From an uncultured Corynebacterium sp. (lineage in GTDB: Bacteria; Actinomycetota; Actinomycetes; Mycobacteriales; Mycobacteriaceae): DNA of 64,000 bases. Of this stretch, positions 12,416 to 22,100 are shown piece after piece. The stretch covers positions 2,030 to 66,029 of the forward strand of contig NZ_CALZFS010000001.1 in assembly GCF_945649885.1 (NCBI RefSeq), written 5' to 3'. Both the position numbers and the translations under genes were made by a program. The first letter of the stretch is position 1. Every line of letters begins with the position of its first letter. Below the pieces are notes generated by a model that saw only the letters and a list, made by a program, of their open reading frames with translations, ran no database searches and had not been told where the DNA came from.

Positions 12416-13918
12416 ATGAGTATATCCATCGATCTGGAGCTCTGGCAGACCATCGGCTTGATCGTGGATTACACGATCAAGGTCATCGCGATTGGTTATG
12501 TGCCGGAAGGCCGTCGCCCGAGTACCTCCACAGCGTGGCTGCTGGCTATTTTGCTGATCCCCTTCCTCGGTCTGCCCTTGTTCCTGCTGATGGGGTCGCC
12601 GTATATCAACAAGCGACGCCACCGCATCCAGCAGGAGGTCAATGACCTCATTGACAACGTCCACGATGATGTCACCGACTCCCCCGGGGGCATCACTGTG
12701 CATCCGGAGATCAAATCCGTCATCCGGATGAACAGGAAACTTACCAGGATGCCTGCTGTCACCGGTGTCAACCACGGTGTCTACAACGATTATGCATCCA
12801 CCATCCAACGCATGACAGATGCCGTGGATGAGGCAGAACGTTACGTTCACGTGGAGATCTACATCATGGCCTGGGACAACACCACCCGGCCCTTCTTTGA
12901 ATCACTGGAACGAGCAGTTCAACGTGGTGTGAAGGTACGTCTGCTCTTTGACCATGTGGGCAGCTGGAAATACCCCGGTTACCGTGCACTTCGCAAGAAC
13001 CTCACCCGCATGGGTATCGACTGGTACCTCATGCTGCCGCTGCAGCCCTGGAAGCTGCGCTTCCGACGCCCCGACCTGCGCAATCACCGCAAGATGCTCA
13101 TCGTCGACGGTCAGCGCGGCTTCATCGGATCCCTCAACATGATTGACTCCAGCTACCTACAACGCAGAAACATCCGGGTGGGGCGCACCTGGCAGGATCT
13201 CATGGTGGAGATGTCCGGGCCGATTGTTTCCTCCATGGAGATGGTGTTCGCCGGTGACTGGTATCTGGAGTCCAATGAGGCCCTGGACATCCGTGATCAC
13301 GCCGAAGCCCATGAAATCATCCCGGATACCACACAGCATTCCCAGAAGAATCTGGTGCAGCTGCTGCCCTCCGGTCCTGGTTACACCACCGAGCCCAACC
13401 TGCGGATGTTCAACTCCATCGTGCACCACGCCAAGGAACGCCTGGTGTTGTGCAGCCCCTACTTCATCCCCGATGAATCCCTCCTGGAGGCGGTCACCTC
13501 CGCCTGCTACCGCGGGGTTCAGGTGGAACTGTATGTGTCCGAGCAGGCTGACCAGTTCATGGTCAACCATGCCCAGTCATCCTATTATCAGGTGCTATTG
13601 GAAGCCGGTGTGAAGATCTACATGCTACCCAAACCCGCCGTATTGCACACCAAGTACATGATTGCGGATCCAGATAGTGAGGAACACGGTGTGCCGATGG
13701 GTGTGGTGGGCTCCTCCAATCTGGATATGCGCAGTTTCGGCCTCAACTATGAGATCTCCATGATGATCATCAAGGGCAACCTGATCCGAGAGCTCAATGA
13801 CATCACCGCCGGCTACAAGGACAGCTGCATCAAACTCACCCTGGACAAATGGAATGAACGCAGCTGGGCCAGGCGTTACCTGGACAATGTCATGCGTCTG
13901 ACCTCTGCCCTGCAATAA
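12416..13918 (+). CDS. cls: cardiolipin synthase (PLD superfamily)
   Basis: Two N-terminal TM helices and two HKD motifs (NHRKMLIVDG, LHTKYMIADP). Confidence 0.9.
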   Translation: MSISIDLELWQTIGLIVDYTIKVIAIGYVPEGRRPSTSTAWLLAILLIPFLGLPLFLLMGSPYINKRRHRIQQEVNDLIDNVHDDVTDSPGGITVHPEIKSVIRMNRKLTRMPAVTGVNHGVYNDYASTIQRMTDAVDEAERYVHVEIYIMAWDNTTRPFFESLERAVQRGVKVRLLFDHVGSWKYPGYRALRKNLTRMGIDWYLMLPLQPWKLRFRRPDLRNHRKMLIVDGQRGFIGSLNMIDSSYLQRRNIRVGRTWQDLMVEMSGPIVSSMEMVFAGDWYLESNEALDIRDHAEAHEIIPDTTQHSQKNLVQLLPSGPGYTTEPNLRMFNSIVHHAKERLVLCSPYFIPDESLLEAVTSACYRGVQVELYVSEQADQFMVNHAQSSYYQVLLEAGVKIYMLPKPAVLHTKYMIADPDSEEHGVPMGVVGSSNLDMRSFGLNYEISMMIIKGNLIRELNDITAGYKDSCIKLTLDKWNERSWARRYLDNVMRLTSALQ

Positions 13919-13949
13919 GTAACTGCGCTCCTGCAGGGGTGGGCAGGGC

Positions 13950-15152
13950 TCAGCGCATCTCCGACTGGCCCACGCGGCCAGCGAACCAGGCAGCTGCACA
14001 GGCGATGACAGCACAGGTCACCATGGCCACCGACATCGTCAGCGCACGGTCAGAACCCAGCCCCACCAGTGGACTGACCAGACCACCCATGGCGAACTGG
14101 GTGAACCCCATGACCGCAGAACCGGAACCCGCACGGCTGCGCACCACCGACGTCCCCAGAGCAACCGAATTGGCCATGATCATCGGAACATGGGCGATCA
14201 TCATGAAGAGCAACACCAAGAGCAGCACAGGTGAGCCGATGAAGGCCACCTCCAGCAGCAACACCAGAGCCAACACCGTGAAACTGACCAGGGCGGTGCT
14301 CATGATGCGGTGTGGATCAAAACGGTTGAGGAGCCTGCGGTTCACCATGCCGCACAGCATCATGCCCAGTGCGTTGACGGCGAAGACCACGGAATACATC
14401 ACCGGGCTCAACCCCAGCTGATTCTGCAGCACAAACGGGGAGGCGGAGATATAGGAGAACATGGCACCGAAGGTGAAGGCCAGGATCAGGGCATAGGCGA
14501 GGAACTGTGGGTTCTTCAACACGAACAGGTAGTTCTGCCCCATTCCCCGCAGTCCGGAACCGGTCCGTTCCACAGGTGGGCGGGACTCCCGGATGCCGAA
14601 GATGACCACGAGCACCTGCGCGATATTGATCAGGGCCAGGGCCCAGAACACCGCACGCCAACCAAAGGGTGTTGCGATGACGCCACCGATCACCGGGGCC
14701 AGGATGGGTGCAGCACCCTGAATGATCATCAACAAGGCAAAGGCCTGTGCTGCTTCCTTCCCCTTGGCCAGGTCCGGAACAATGGCTCGGGCGATCACCA
14801 CGCAGGCACCACCACCCAGTCCTTGGACCAGTCTCATGGCGATGAGCACACCTATGCCTGGTGCCATCGCGCAGGCGATGCTGGCCAGCAGGGAGGCCAG
14901 GGTGCCGGCGAGCAGAAGATTCTTCCTACCCATGGAGTCTGAGATCGGTCCGATGATGAGCTGACCGATCGCCATGCCGATCATGAATGCTGACAGGGTC
15001 AGCTGCACCATCGGTGTGGTTGTGTCTAATTCGTTCGCAATCGCCGGCAGTGCCGGGAGATACATGTCCGTGGACAATGCTGGTGTGGCGGTCAGCAACG
15101 CCAGGCCCATCAACAAAGGCGTCGAAATCCGTTGTTTATCCTGTGCCATCAT
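13950..15152 (-). CDS. MFS transporter, Bcr/CflA-type drug resistance family
   Basis: 12-TM profile. Loop 2-3 motif GPISDSMGRKN. Start trimmed to ATG 15152 (MMAQDKQ...). Confidence 0.8.
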   Translation of the reverse strand: MMAQDKQRISTPLLMGLALLTATPALSTDMYLPALPAIANELDTTTPMVQLTLSAFMIGMAIGQLIIGPISDSMGRKNLLLAGTLASLLASIACAMAPGIGVLIAMRLVQGLGGGACVVIARAIVPDLAKGKEAAQAFALLMIIQGAAPILAPVIGGVIATPFGWRAVFWALALINIAQVLVVIFGIRESRPPVERTGSGLRGMGQNYLFVLKNPQFLAYALILAFTFGAMFSYISASPFVLQNQLGLSPVMYSVVFAVNALGMMLCGMVNRRLLNRFDPHRIMSTALVSFTVLALVLLLEVAFIGSPVLLLVLLFMMIAHVPMIMANSVALGTSVVRSRAGSGSAVMGFTQFAMGGLVSPLVGLGSDRALTMSVAMVTCAVIACAAAWFAGRVGQSEMR

Positions 15153-15428
15153 GCATATCCCACCATTTCTAGAATTGTTGACGCCACCGTCAGCGTGTAG
15201 CCCACTGGTTATCCCACACCACCAGGGATATAACAATAAACCATGAGTTCACCGAACACCCCACCCCGGGTTTCGCCGGTGTGCTAGGAAAATAGGCGGA
15301 GTTGGCCTCTGGTTTTTGGTTTGTTCACCCACCATCCATGTACGATTCAAGTAGATGCATGATGAGCCCCACGGGAAGGCTCTCATATGGTTTTATTCAT
15401 CCAAACTGAATAAAGGAAAGAAGAGGGG

Positions 15429-16748
15429 GTGCGCGTGACAAACAGCTTTGAATACGTGCAGCACCCACGACGGGCTCTCCCTCCACCGATTCCCACCGGA
15501 CGCGGACCGGCCGCAGCTTTCCTGCCCGGTACCTTCCATCCGATCAACCCGAAGCAGATTGCCCCAGGCAGCGATCAGGTCCTCTTGTCAGGATGGGGAA
15601 AATTCCTGCGCTGGCTGCTGGTGTTGGCCTCCATCTTCGCCATCATCGTGGGTATCAACCTGATCCTCGACGGCGTATATAATGTCGGAACCACCAGCAC
15701 CAACCGCCTGTATGATCTGGCACGTGACCCGTTCATCGGTCTGCTCATCGGCATTTTGACCACCGCCCTGGTGCAATCCTCCACCACCACGACAACACTG
15801 ACTGTGGCAGCTGTGGGCACAGGTATCGTCACCGTCCCCGTGGCCATCCCCATCATCATGGGTGCCAACATCGGCACCACCATCACAGCCCTGTTGGTGT
15901 CATTTTCCTATATGGGGGAACGCCGGGAATTCAAGAAGGCTTTCACCACGGCGGCGATGCACCTGTGGTTCAACGTCCTGGTTGTCCTGGTCGCTCTCAC
16001 CATCGAAATGCTCTTCCACCCTCTGCAGACAATCAGTGGGGATCTGGCTGACAAGGTTCTGGGTTCCAGTGAGACCACAGTGCCCACCACCCATATCGTG
16101 GAAGATATCACGACCCCGATCGTTGACACGATCGGCACCCATGGACTGTTCGGCATGGTGGGTAATGGTGGCGTGGCCACTGCTTTGTCCCTGATCACCG
16201 GCACCCTGTTCATCCTGGTGGCCATCAAGGTGATGAGTTATCAACTGCGCATGATCACGGCTGCCACCACGCACTCCCTGCTGGATATGTTCTCCAGCCC
16301 TGAGGAGAACACACGCCTGACGCTGAAGGCCAACACCCTTGGGGTCGGTGTGGGCCTGCTGTTCACCATCATGGTGACTGCCTCATCTGTCACCGTGTCC
16401 TCCATGCAACCCTTTGCTGTGACCAAGAGTCTGCCCCGGCGCGCCATGCTGGCCGTCATCCTGGGTGCCAATGTGGGCACCACGCTGACCGCCATGATCG
16501 CCACCTTCGCCATCGTGGGTGTGCACGGCGCCTTCGCACTGCAGGCAGCCCTGGTGCACCTGACCCTGAACCTGGTCGGTGCCCTCGTGGTGTTGTGTGT
16601 GCCCTCACTTGGCCGTGCCATCACCAACCTCGCAGCTGGTTCAGCACGCCTTGCCGCCCGCAGCTACACCAGGACCATCGTCACGATCTTCGGCATGTTC
16701 ATGGTGTTCCCCATCATCATCCTCGTCATCTACGCACTGATGAACTAG
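15429..16748 (+). CDS. Na/Pi cotransporter family membrane protein
   Basis: 439 aa polytopic protein. Duplicated QSSTTTT / GANIGTT and GANVGTT repeats typical of the Na_Pi_cotrans family. GTG start. Confidence 0.7.
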   Translation: MRVTNSFEYVQHPRRALPPPIPTGRGPAAAFLPGTFHPINPKQIAPGSDQVLLSGWGKFLRWLLVLASIFAIIVGINLILDGVYNVGTTSTNRLYDLARDPFIGLLIGILTTALVQSSTTTTTLTVAAVGTGIVTVPVAIPIIMGANIGTTITALLVSFSYMGERREFKKAFTTAAMHLWFNVLVVLVALTIEMLFHPLQTISGDLADKVLGSSETTVPTTHIVEDITTPIVDTIGTHGLFGMVGNGGVATALSLITGTLFILVAIKVMSYQLRMITAATTHSLLDMFSSPEENTRLTLKANTLGVGVGLLFTIMVTASSVTVSSMQPFAVTKSLPRRAMLAVILGANVGTTLTAMIATFAIVGVHGAFALQAALVHLTLNLVGALVVLCVPSLGRAITNLAAGSARLAARSYTRTIVTIFGMFMVFPIIILVIYALMN

Positions 16749-16778
16749 CAGACCCCCGCCCCCGGGATATCTCAGGTG

Positions 16779-17540
16779 TCAGGCATCCCGCTTTTCCAGG
16801 ACAACCAGTCCTGCTGCGAACAACACAACCGCCCAGATACCGAAGTAGACGGCGCCGAACTCGATGCTCCAGCCGGGGTCAGTGGTCTGGAAGTTAGTGA
16901 TGAAGGATCGCAGGTTGGTGAAGGGACCATATTTACCAATGGTCTCGCCTACCCGGGGCAGCAGGCCAGCCAGATCCTCCAGGGCCAGGTGCCACATGAG
17001 AATCAAGGCGATCGCACCGGCAGACTGACGGAGCAACAGGGCGATACCGGAGGCGAACGTCACCAATAATGCCGCTCCCACGGGGTACTGCCACAGAATC
17101 CGACGTGCTTCCTGGTCATTCCACACATCCAGGGTGCTGCTGGCGATATCCGAGGCGAGTGCTTTGGCCACATAGAAACACAACAACACGGTGGTGAACG
17201 TGATGATCATCGCGATGACCGCATACAGCAGCCACTTGGCCACCGCCACCACCCAGCGCTTAGGTGTGGCCAGGAAGGACTGCTGCTGATATCCATAACG
17301 GAACTCCGTGGTGAACATCATGACGGCCTGCACGATCAGAACCAGGAAGCCCACCACGTAGATAACGGCCACGGTGTTTCCTGCCAGAAGCAGTGTGGTG
17401 CTCAGGTCCTCACCGGTGGCGAAACTACCGATGAATGCGGCAAAGGCCACGCTGAGCACAATGATCAGGGCGGTGGTCCACCAGAAGGATTTAGTGGTGC
17501 GGAGTTTGGTCCACTCGGACCTCAGAACATTGAAAAACAT
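16779..17540 (-). CDS. ABC-2 type transporter permease
   Basis: 253 aa, 6 TM helices. Starts 4 nt downstream of the stop of the ATPase gene. Confidence 0.75.
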   Translation of the reverse strand: MFFNVLRSEWTKLRTTKSFWWTTALIIVLSVAFAAFIGSFATGEDLSTTLLLAGNTVAVIYVVGFLVLIVQAVMMFTTEFRYGYQQQSFLATPKRWVVAVAKWLLYAVIAMIITFTTVLLCFYVAKALASDIASSTLDVWNDQEARRILWQYPVGAALLVTFASGIALLLRQSAGAIALILMWHLALEDLAGLLPRVGETIGKYGPFTNLRSFITNFQTTDPGWSIEFGAVYFGIWAVVLFAAGLVVLEKRDA

Positions 17541-17543
17541 GGG

Positions 17544-18491
17544 TTATTTCTCCTCCTGTGCGGACTGCTCCGGGGTGGAGGCTTGGTACTGGACGGTATC
17601 TCCCGTGGTCTGTAGGAAGGCTTGCTCAAGCGATGCCCGGTGCTCAGACAGTTCCAGCAGACCGATTCCGCGGCTGAAAGCCAGGGTTCCGATCTCATCG
17701 GTGGTGTGGTTGGTGATGATGAAGGTCGGTGAGGGGTCGGTGTCGATAAGCTTTGTGTCAAAGCTGATCCCCTGCTCCCGCAGCGCCGACTGGAATGCTT
17801 CCGGGTGGGCGGTGCGCACCATCACGGTGGTGGCGGAGTGCTCACGGATGAAGTCCTGGATCGGGGTGTCCGCCACCAGCTTTCCGCGGCCGATGACCAC
17901 CAGATGATCAGCAGTAAGCGCCATCTCTGACAGGAGGTGGGAACTGATCAGGACGGTGCGGCCCTCATCAGCCAGGTTCTTCAGCAGGGTGCGTACCCAG
18001 TGGATGCCCTCAGGGTCCAGGCCGTTGACAGGCTCATCCAGGATCAGATACTCCGGATCACCGAGCAGGGCTGCGGCAAGACCGAGTCGCTGTCCCATGC
18101 CCAGGGAGAATCCACCAGTCTTCTTGCCGGCGACATCAGTGAGGCCGACAAGCGCCAACACTTCATCCACCCGCTTGGTAGGAAGCCCATTGGCCTGTGC
18201 GATCCACTTCAGGTGGTTGCCCGCGGTGCGGTTGGGGTGGGTGGCCTTGGCATCCAGTAGAGTCCCCACCCGGGTCAGAGGCTTTTTCAGGGCCCGATAA
18301 GGCTGCCCCCCGATGGTGGTGTGACCGCTGCTGGGATTATCCAGTCCAACGATGCACCGCATGGTCGTGGACTTCCCGGCCCCGTTGGGCCCGAGGAAAC
18401 CGGTGACAATCCCAGGTTTGACGGTGAAACTCAGATCCTCGACTGCACGGACCTGCCCATAGTGTTTATTCAGGCCTACGACTTCAATCAT
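17544..18491 (-). CDS. ABC transporter ATP-binding protein
   Basis: Walker A GPNGAGKST, signature FSLGMGQRL, Walker B LILDEP. Confidence 0.9.
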   Translation of the reverse strand: MIEVVGLNKHYGQVRAVEDLSFTVKPGIVTGFLGPNGAGKSTTMRCIVGLDNPSSGHTTIGGQPYRALKKPLTRVGTLLDAKATHPNRTAGNHLKWIAQANGLPTKRVDEVLALVGLTDVAGKKTGGFSLGMGQRLGLAAALLGDPEYLILDEPVNGLDPEGIHWVRTLLKNLADEGRTVLISSHLLSEMALTADHLVVIGRGKLVADTPIQDFIREHSATTVMVRTAHPEAFQSALREQGISFDTKLIDTDPSPTFIITNHTTDEIGTLAFSRGIGLLELSEHRASLEQAFLQTTGDTVQYQASTPEQSAQEEK

Positions 18492-18515
18492 GCAGACCAG
18501 TTTGTCACTAATTGC

Positions 18516-19043
18516 TCAGTCGGTTGCAGTTACCTCGCCGATAAGCTGCTTCAGGCCGGGCCAGGCCATCTGGAATGCTGCCATCAAAGGCAGATCCTCC
18601 ACCTCAACCACCCGTACCCATCGTAATTCCAGAGATTCCTCATTGGCCACGGTCTTCAGGGGATGTCCGTTGTCTGTCCGGGCGATCACCGTGGTGTAAG
18701 TCCATCCGCCTGCCAGCTCCGGGCGATCTGGATCAGCAGCAAAAGGTCCGGCGGTGACCACGGAGTGGAGGATGGTGACATGTCCTGCATCAATCCCGGT
18801 TTCCTCCGAGGCCTCACGCAGGGCAGCCTCAGCTTCTGATTCATGGGAGTCCCGGGCGCCGCCGGGAAGTGCCCAGGTTCCGCCGTTATTGGTCCAGTGG
18901 GCACGGTGCTGCGTCAGCACCTGCCACTGCGAGACCTCTTCATCATCGCTGCCTGCAAGCAGAAGTAATCCTGCCGCTCCGTTTCGGCCCCACACGGAAG
19001 CTCCTGCAGGTCCTGCTGCCCATCCGTCACCATCACCTTTCAT
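18516..19043 (-). CDS. NUDIX hydrolase
   Basis: Nudix box GGARDSHESEAEAALREASEETG. Confidence 0.85.
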   Translation of the reverse strand: MKGDGDGWAAGPAGASVWGRNGAAGLLLLAGSDDEEVSQWQVLTQHRAHWTNNGGTWALPGGARDSHESEAEAALREASEETGIDAGHVTILHSVVTAGPFAADPDRPELAGGWTYTTVIARTDNGHPLKTVANEESLELRWVRVVEVEDLPLMAAFQMAWPGLKQLIGEVTATD

Positions 19044-19153
19044 GCTGTCTACATTAGGTCAGTCGCCCGATCCTGTGGGGTGGAAGTGGGTGGAGACATA
19101 GTCCGTGTTCATCCAGCTGCAATCCACAGAAGGGGTATGCAGGTAGGGCAGAA

Positions 19154-19194
19154 AGCAGGGCTCTGCGGGTGTCAGTGGGACTCAGCAGGGCTCT
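19154..19194 (+). repeat. 11-bp direct repeat AGCAGGGCTCT x2, spaced 30 bp start to start
   Basis: Exact copies at 19154-19164 and 19184-19194, in the intergenic region upstream of glnX. Confidence 0.6.
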
Positions 19195-19311
19195 ACAGAG
19201 TTCGGTGCGGCTGATGACGGATGTAGCTGGGAGAAGTTAATTGGAGCATGGTCACAAAGACCAGACAGGGGTCTACTTTCTCACAGGCCTCAACCGCGCT
19301 ATCCTGAAACA

Positions 19312-21036
19312 ATGACCCGGGATGGAATTGGGGAGCAATCCACAGTTGCAGGTGAGACGGAAAAATCCCTCACCGCCCCTGATAGTCCTGTCACAAAACA
19401 TCCCGCAGACGGCGATAGCCCCCAGGACAACAGCCAGGTGGAGGAACCAGAACAATCAGGGGACCTCGGACAGACAGGAAACCTGGATCAGACCACTGAC
19501 TCCGTCGACCAGGCATCCCTCACAGGTAATCCTGGTGTCCCTGATAAAGACGGAGACACCGGTGATGAGGCGGAGCCGCAGGATGTCACGACTGTCGCTG
19601 CCGAGTCCAAGGCCTCACACGCTGGTTCCAAGAACCAGTCCAAGCCTCATGATCATGCGGAAGAGCCAGATCACTGGTTGGATCCGATCACCACGGAGAA
19701 TCAATCCCCTCGTGGTGTGATCAACTCGATCATCCAGGAGACCTTCGGGCAACCATTTTTTGTGATGCGTCGACTCTGGAGCTTCATCAGCACCTCTCCT
19801 GGCAAGATCACGGTGATGACGGTGATCATCTCCGTGGCGATCTTCGCCGCAGGTTATGCCATGTCGGCATCCTCTGACACCCGCCAGGCGCATCTGGATG
19901 AGCTGATCACCAATACGGAACCGGTGTCCTACAACGCGCATGTTCTCTACACCTCCCTGTCGATTGCGGATACCACCGCCACCACGGGGTTTGTGCAGGC
20001 CGGCATCGAAGACCCCATCAACAGGGTGCGGTATAACACCGCCATTGACCGGGCGTCGGTAGCTGCCACGGATACGGCGGCCTCGGCGGATACCACCAAT
20101 GACCGGTTGATGGAGTTGGTCACGGAGATCCAGCGGTATCTGCCGATTTACACCGGCCTGGTGGAAACCGCCCGCACCAATAACCGTGCGGGTAATCCGG
20201 TGAGCGTGGCTTATATGGCTGAGGCCAGCGCCATGATGCGCAATGAGATCCTGCCGATGGCTGCGGAGCTGTACAACATGACCAGCCGTGCGGTGGCTGA
20301 TCAACAGACCAACATGATGCGTCCGCAGTGGATTCCACTGTCCGGCCTGCTTGCTGCACTGGGCATGCTGCTGATTGCCCAATGGTGGTTGATGCGCATC
20401 ACCCGTCGCCGTGTGAATAAGGGCTTCGCCCTGGCCACCACCATGATGCTGGTGGCCACGATCTGGGTTGCGGCAGCGGACTGGACCACCTGGCAGGCGG
20501 GAATGAAAGGCTTTGAAGAAGCCTCAGATCCACTGAAATCCATGACCACCGCGCGCATCTACGCGCAGCAGACACGCACCACTGAGACCCTGTCTCTGGT
20601 TCGTCGACAGTCTGTTCAGGGCAGTACCACCGGCTTCAATGCCACCATCAGCCAGTTGAAGCGGTCCATCAATGAATATGAAAAGAGTTCCCATGCGGAC
20701 ACTCCGGAGCACCGTGAGTTGATCCGGCAGGTGCGTAACTCCATGGCTACCTGGTCCCATGAGCATGACCAGTTCACTGTGTTTCTCCGCAATGGTGACT
20801 ATTCCGCTGCGGTAGCCACCGCGCTGAGCACAGATGATGACGGCCTGACCAGCTTTGAAACACTGGATCTGGCCCTGGCTGAACTGATTACGGATTCCCG
20901 CATCTCCATGCGTTCCTATATTGAAAGTGGTCTTGTCGCGACCTCACTGGTGGCGATCTCCGTGCTGATCCTCTCTGTGGCCTCCGTGGTCTCCCTGTGG
21001 ATCGGTATTCGTCCGAGATTGCAGGAGTACCTGTGA
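19312..21036 (+). CDS. glnX: GlnX-type integral membrane protein of the PknG sensory operon
   Basis: 574 aa. Acidic disordered N-terminus, then 4 predicted TM helices bracketing long helical domains. Sits immediately upstream of, and overlaps, glnH-pknG. Confidence 0.7.
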   Translation: MTRDGIGEQSTVAGETEKSLTAPDSPVTKHPADGDSPQDNSQVEEPEQSGDLGQTGNLDQTTDSVDQASLTGNPGVPDKDGDTGDEAEPQDVTTVAAESKASHAGSKNQSKPHDHAEEPDHWLDPITTENQSPRGVINSIIQETFGQPFFVMRRLWSFISTSPGKITVMTVIISVAIFAAGYAMSASSDTRQAHLDELITNTEPVSYNAHVLYTSLSIADTTATTGFVQAGIEDPINRVRYNTAIDRASVAATDTAASADTTNDRLMELVTEIQRYLPIYTGLVETARTNNRAGNPVSVAYMAEASAMMRNEILPMAAELYNMTSRAVADQQTNMMRPQWIPLSGLLAALGMLLIAQWWLMRITRRRVNKGFALATTMMLVATIWVAAADWTTWQAGMKGFEEASDPLKSMTTARIYAQQTRTTETLSLVRRQSVQGSTTGFNATISQLKRSINEYEKSSHADTPEHRELIRQVRNSMATWSHEHDQFTVFLRNGDYSAAVATALSTDDDGLTSFETLDLALAELITDSRISMRSYIESGLVATSLVAISVLILSVASVVSLWIGIRPRLQEYL

Positions 21037-22100
21037 TGAGAGCTTGTCGACGCCTCCTCCAGCGTGTTAACCCTCGTCTCACCGTCGTGTTGTCCGTGCT
21101 TCTCTCCGCATCCCTGTTGACCTCCTGCATTCAGCAGGAGATCAAGGAGCCCGAAGTTTATTCGCAGATCAATCCTGATGCCGGCCCTCCCCTGCCCCCG
21201 GGCTCCCTGGTGGAGGGAGTGGGTGAGGTGGCGGCCAAACCTGTCATCACTGATAGTTGGGAGGGCTCGCTGAGTCCTGATGACCGTGAACCGAAGGAAC
21301 GGGTTCCGGAGATCTTCAAACGTGGTCGACTCATCGTGGGTGTGGATCAGTCCCAGAACCTTCTGAGTTTCCGTGATCCTGTGAGTGGTCAGCTTCGTGG
21401 CTTTGAGGTGCAGTTGGCCAAGGAGATCGCCCGCGATATCTTCGGCAATCCAGAGGCTGTTGATTTCCGTTTTGTTGATGCCGGTGATCGTCTCCGGCCC
21501 CTGTCCCAGGGTGATCTGGATATTGTCATCCGTTCCCTGTCGGTCACGGAGGAACGTGCCAAGAGGTTGGAATTCTCCACACCCTATTTCCACTCCCAGA
21601 CTCGTCTGCTGGTGATGGATAACTCCGGCATTGAAGGCGTCGATGATCTCAGTGGGCACACCATCTGTGTTGCTGATGGTTCCACGGCCCTCCATAAGGC
21701 CCGGTTGATGGCACCGGAGTCCCCGATTCTGCGTACCCGCAACTGGTCGGATTGCTTGATGTCACTGCAGCAACAACAAGCGCAGGCAATTCTGGGTGAT
21801 GATGCCATCCTGTCCGGTATTGCTTCCCAAGATCCCTATACCCGGATTCTGCCCTCGATTCTGTCCTGGGAGTCCTACGCGGTTGCCATCGCCCCCTCCA
21901 GGACCAACAAGGACACCAGTGGTCTGGTGCGCCAGGTGAATTCCACCATGGAACGCATCCGCGAAGACACCACCTGGTGGTCCATGTTCAATGACTGGTT
22001 CGGCCCCTATCTCTACACCTACGGGCCGCCACCGCTGCAGTACCGGGATGAACCAGACACGGATGATGAGGAAGGAGAAACAGATGACGGAGAACAATGA
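21036..22100 (+). CDS. glnH: GlnH-type lipoprotein, amino-acid solute-binding protein family 3
   Basis: Signal peptide with lipobox LLTSC. SBP_bac_3-like core (RLIVGVDQ..., FSTPYF). The ATG overlaps the glnX TGA (TGATG). Confidence 0.8.
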   Translation: MRACRRLLQRVNPRLTVVLSVLLSASLLTSCIQQEIKEPEVYSQINPDAGPPLPPGSLVEGVGEVAAKPVITDSWEGSLSPDDREPKERVPEIFKRGRLIVGVDQSQNLLSFRDPVSGQLRGFEVQLAKEIARDIFGNPEAVDFRFVDAGDRLRPLSQGDLDIVIRSLSVTEERAKRLEFSTPYFHSQTRLLVMDNSGIEGVDDLSGHTICVADGSTALHKARLMAPESPILRTRNWSDCLMSLQQQQAQAILGDDAILSGIASQDPYTRILPSILSWESYAVAIAPSRTNKDTSGLVRQVNSTMERIREDTTWWSMFNDWFGPYLYTYGPPPLQYRDEPDTDDEEGETDDGEQ

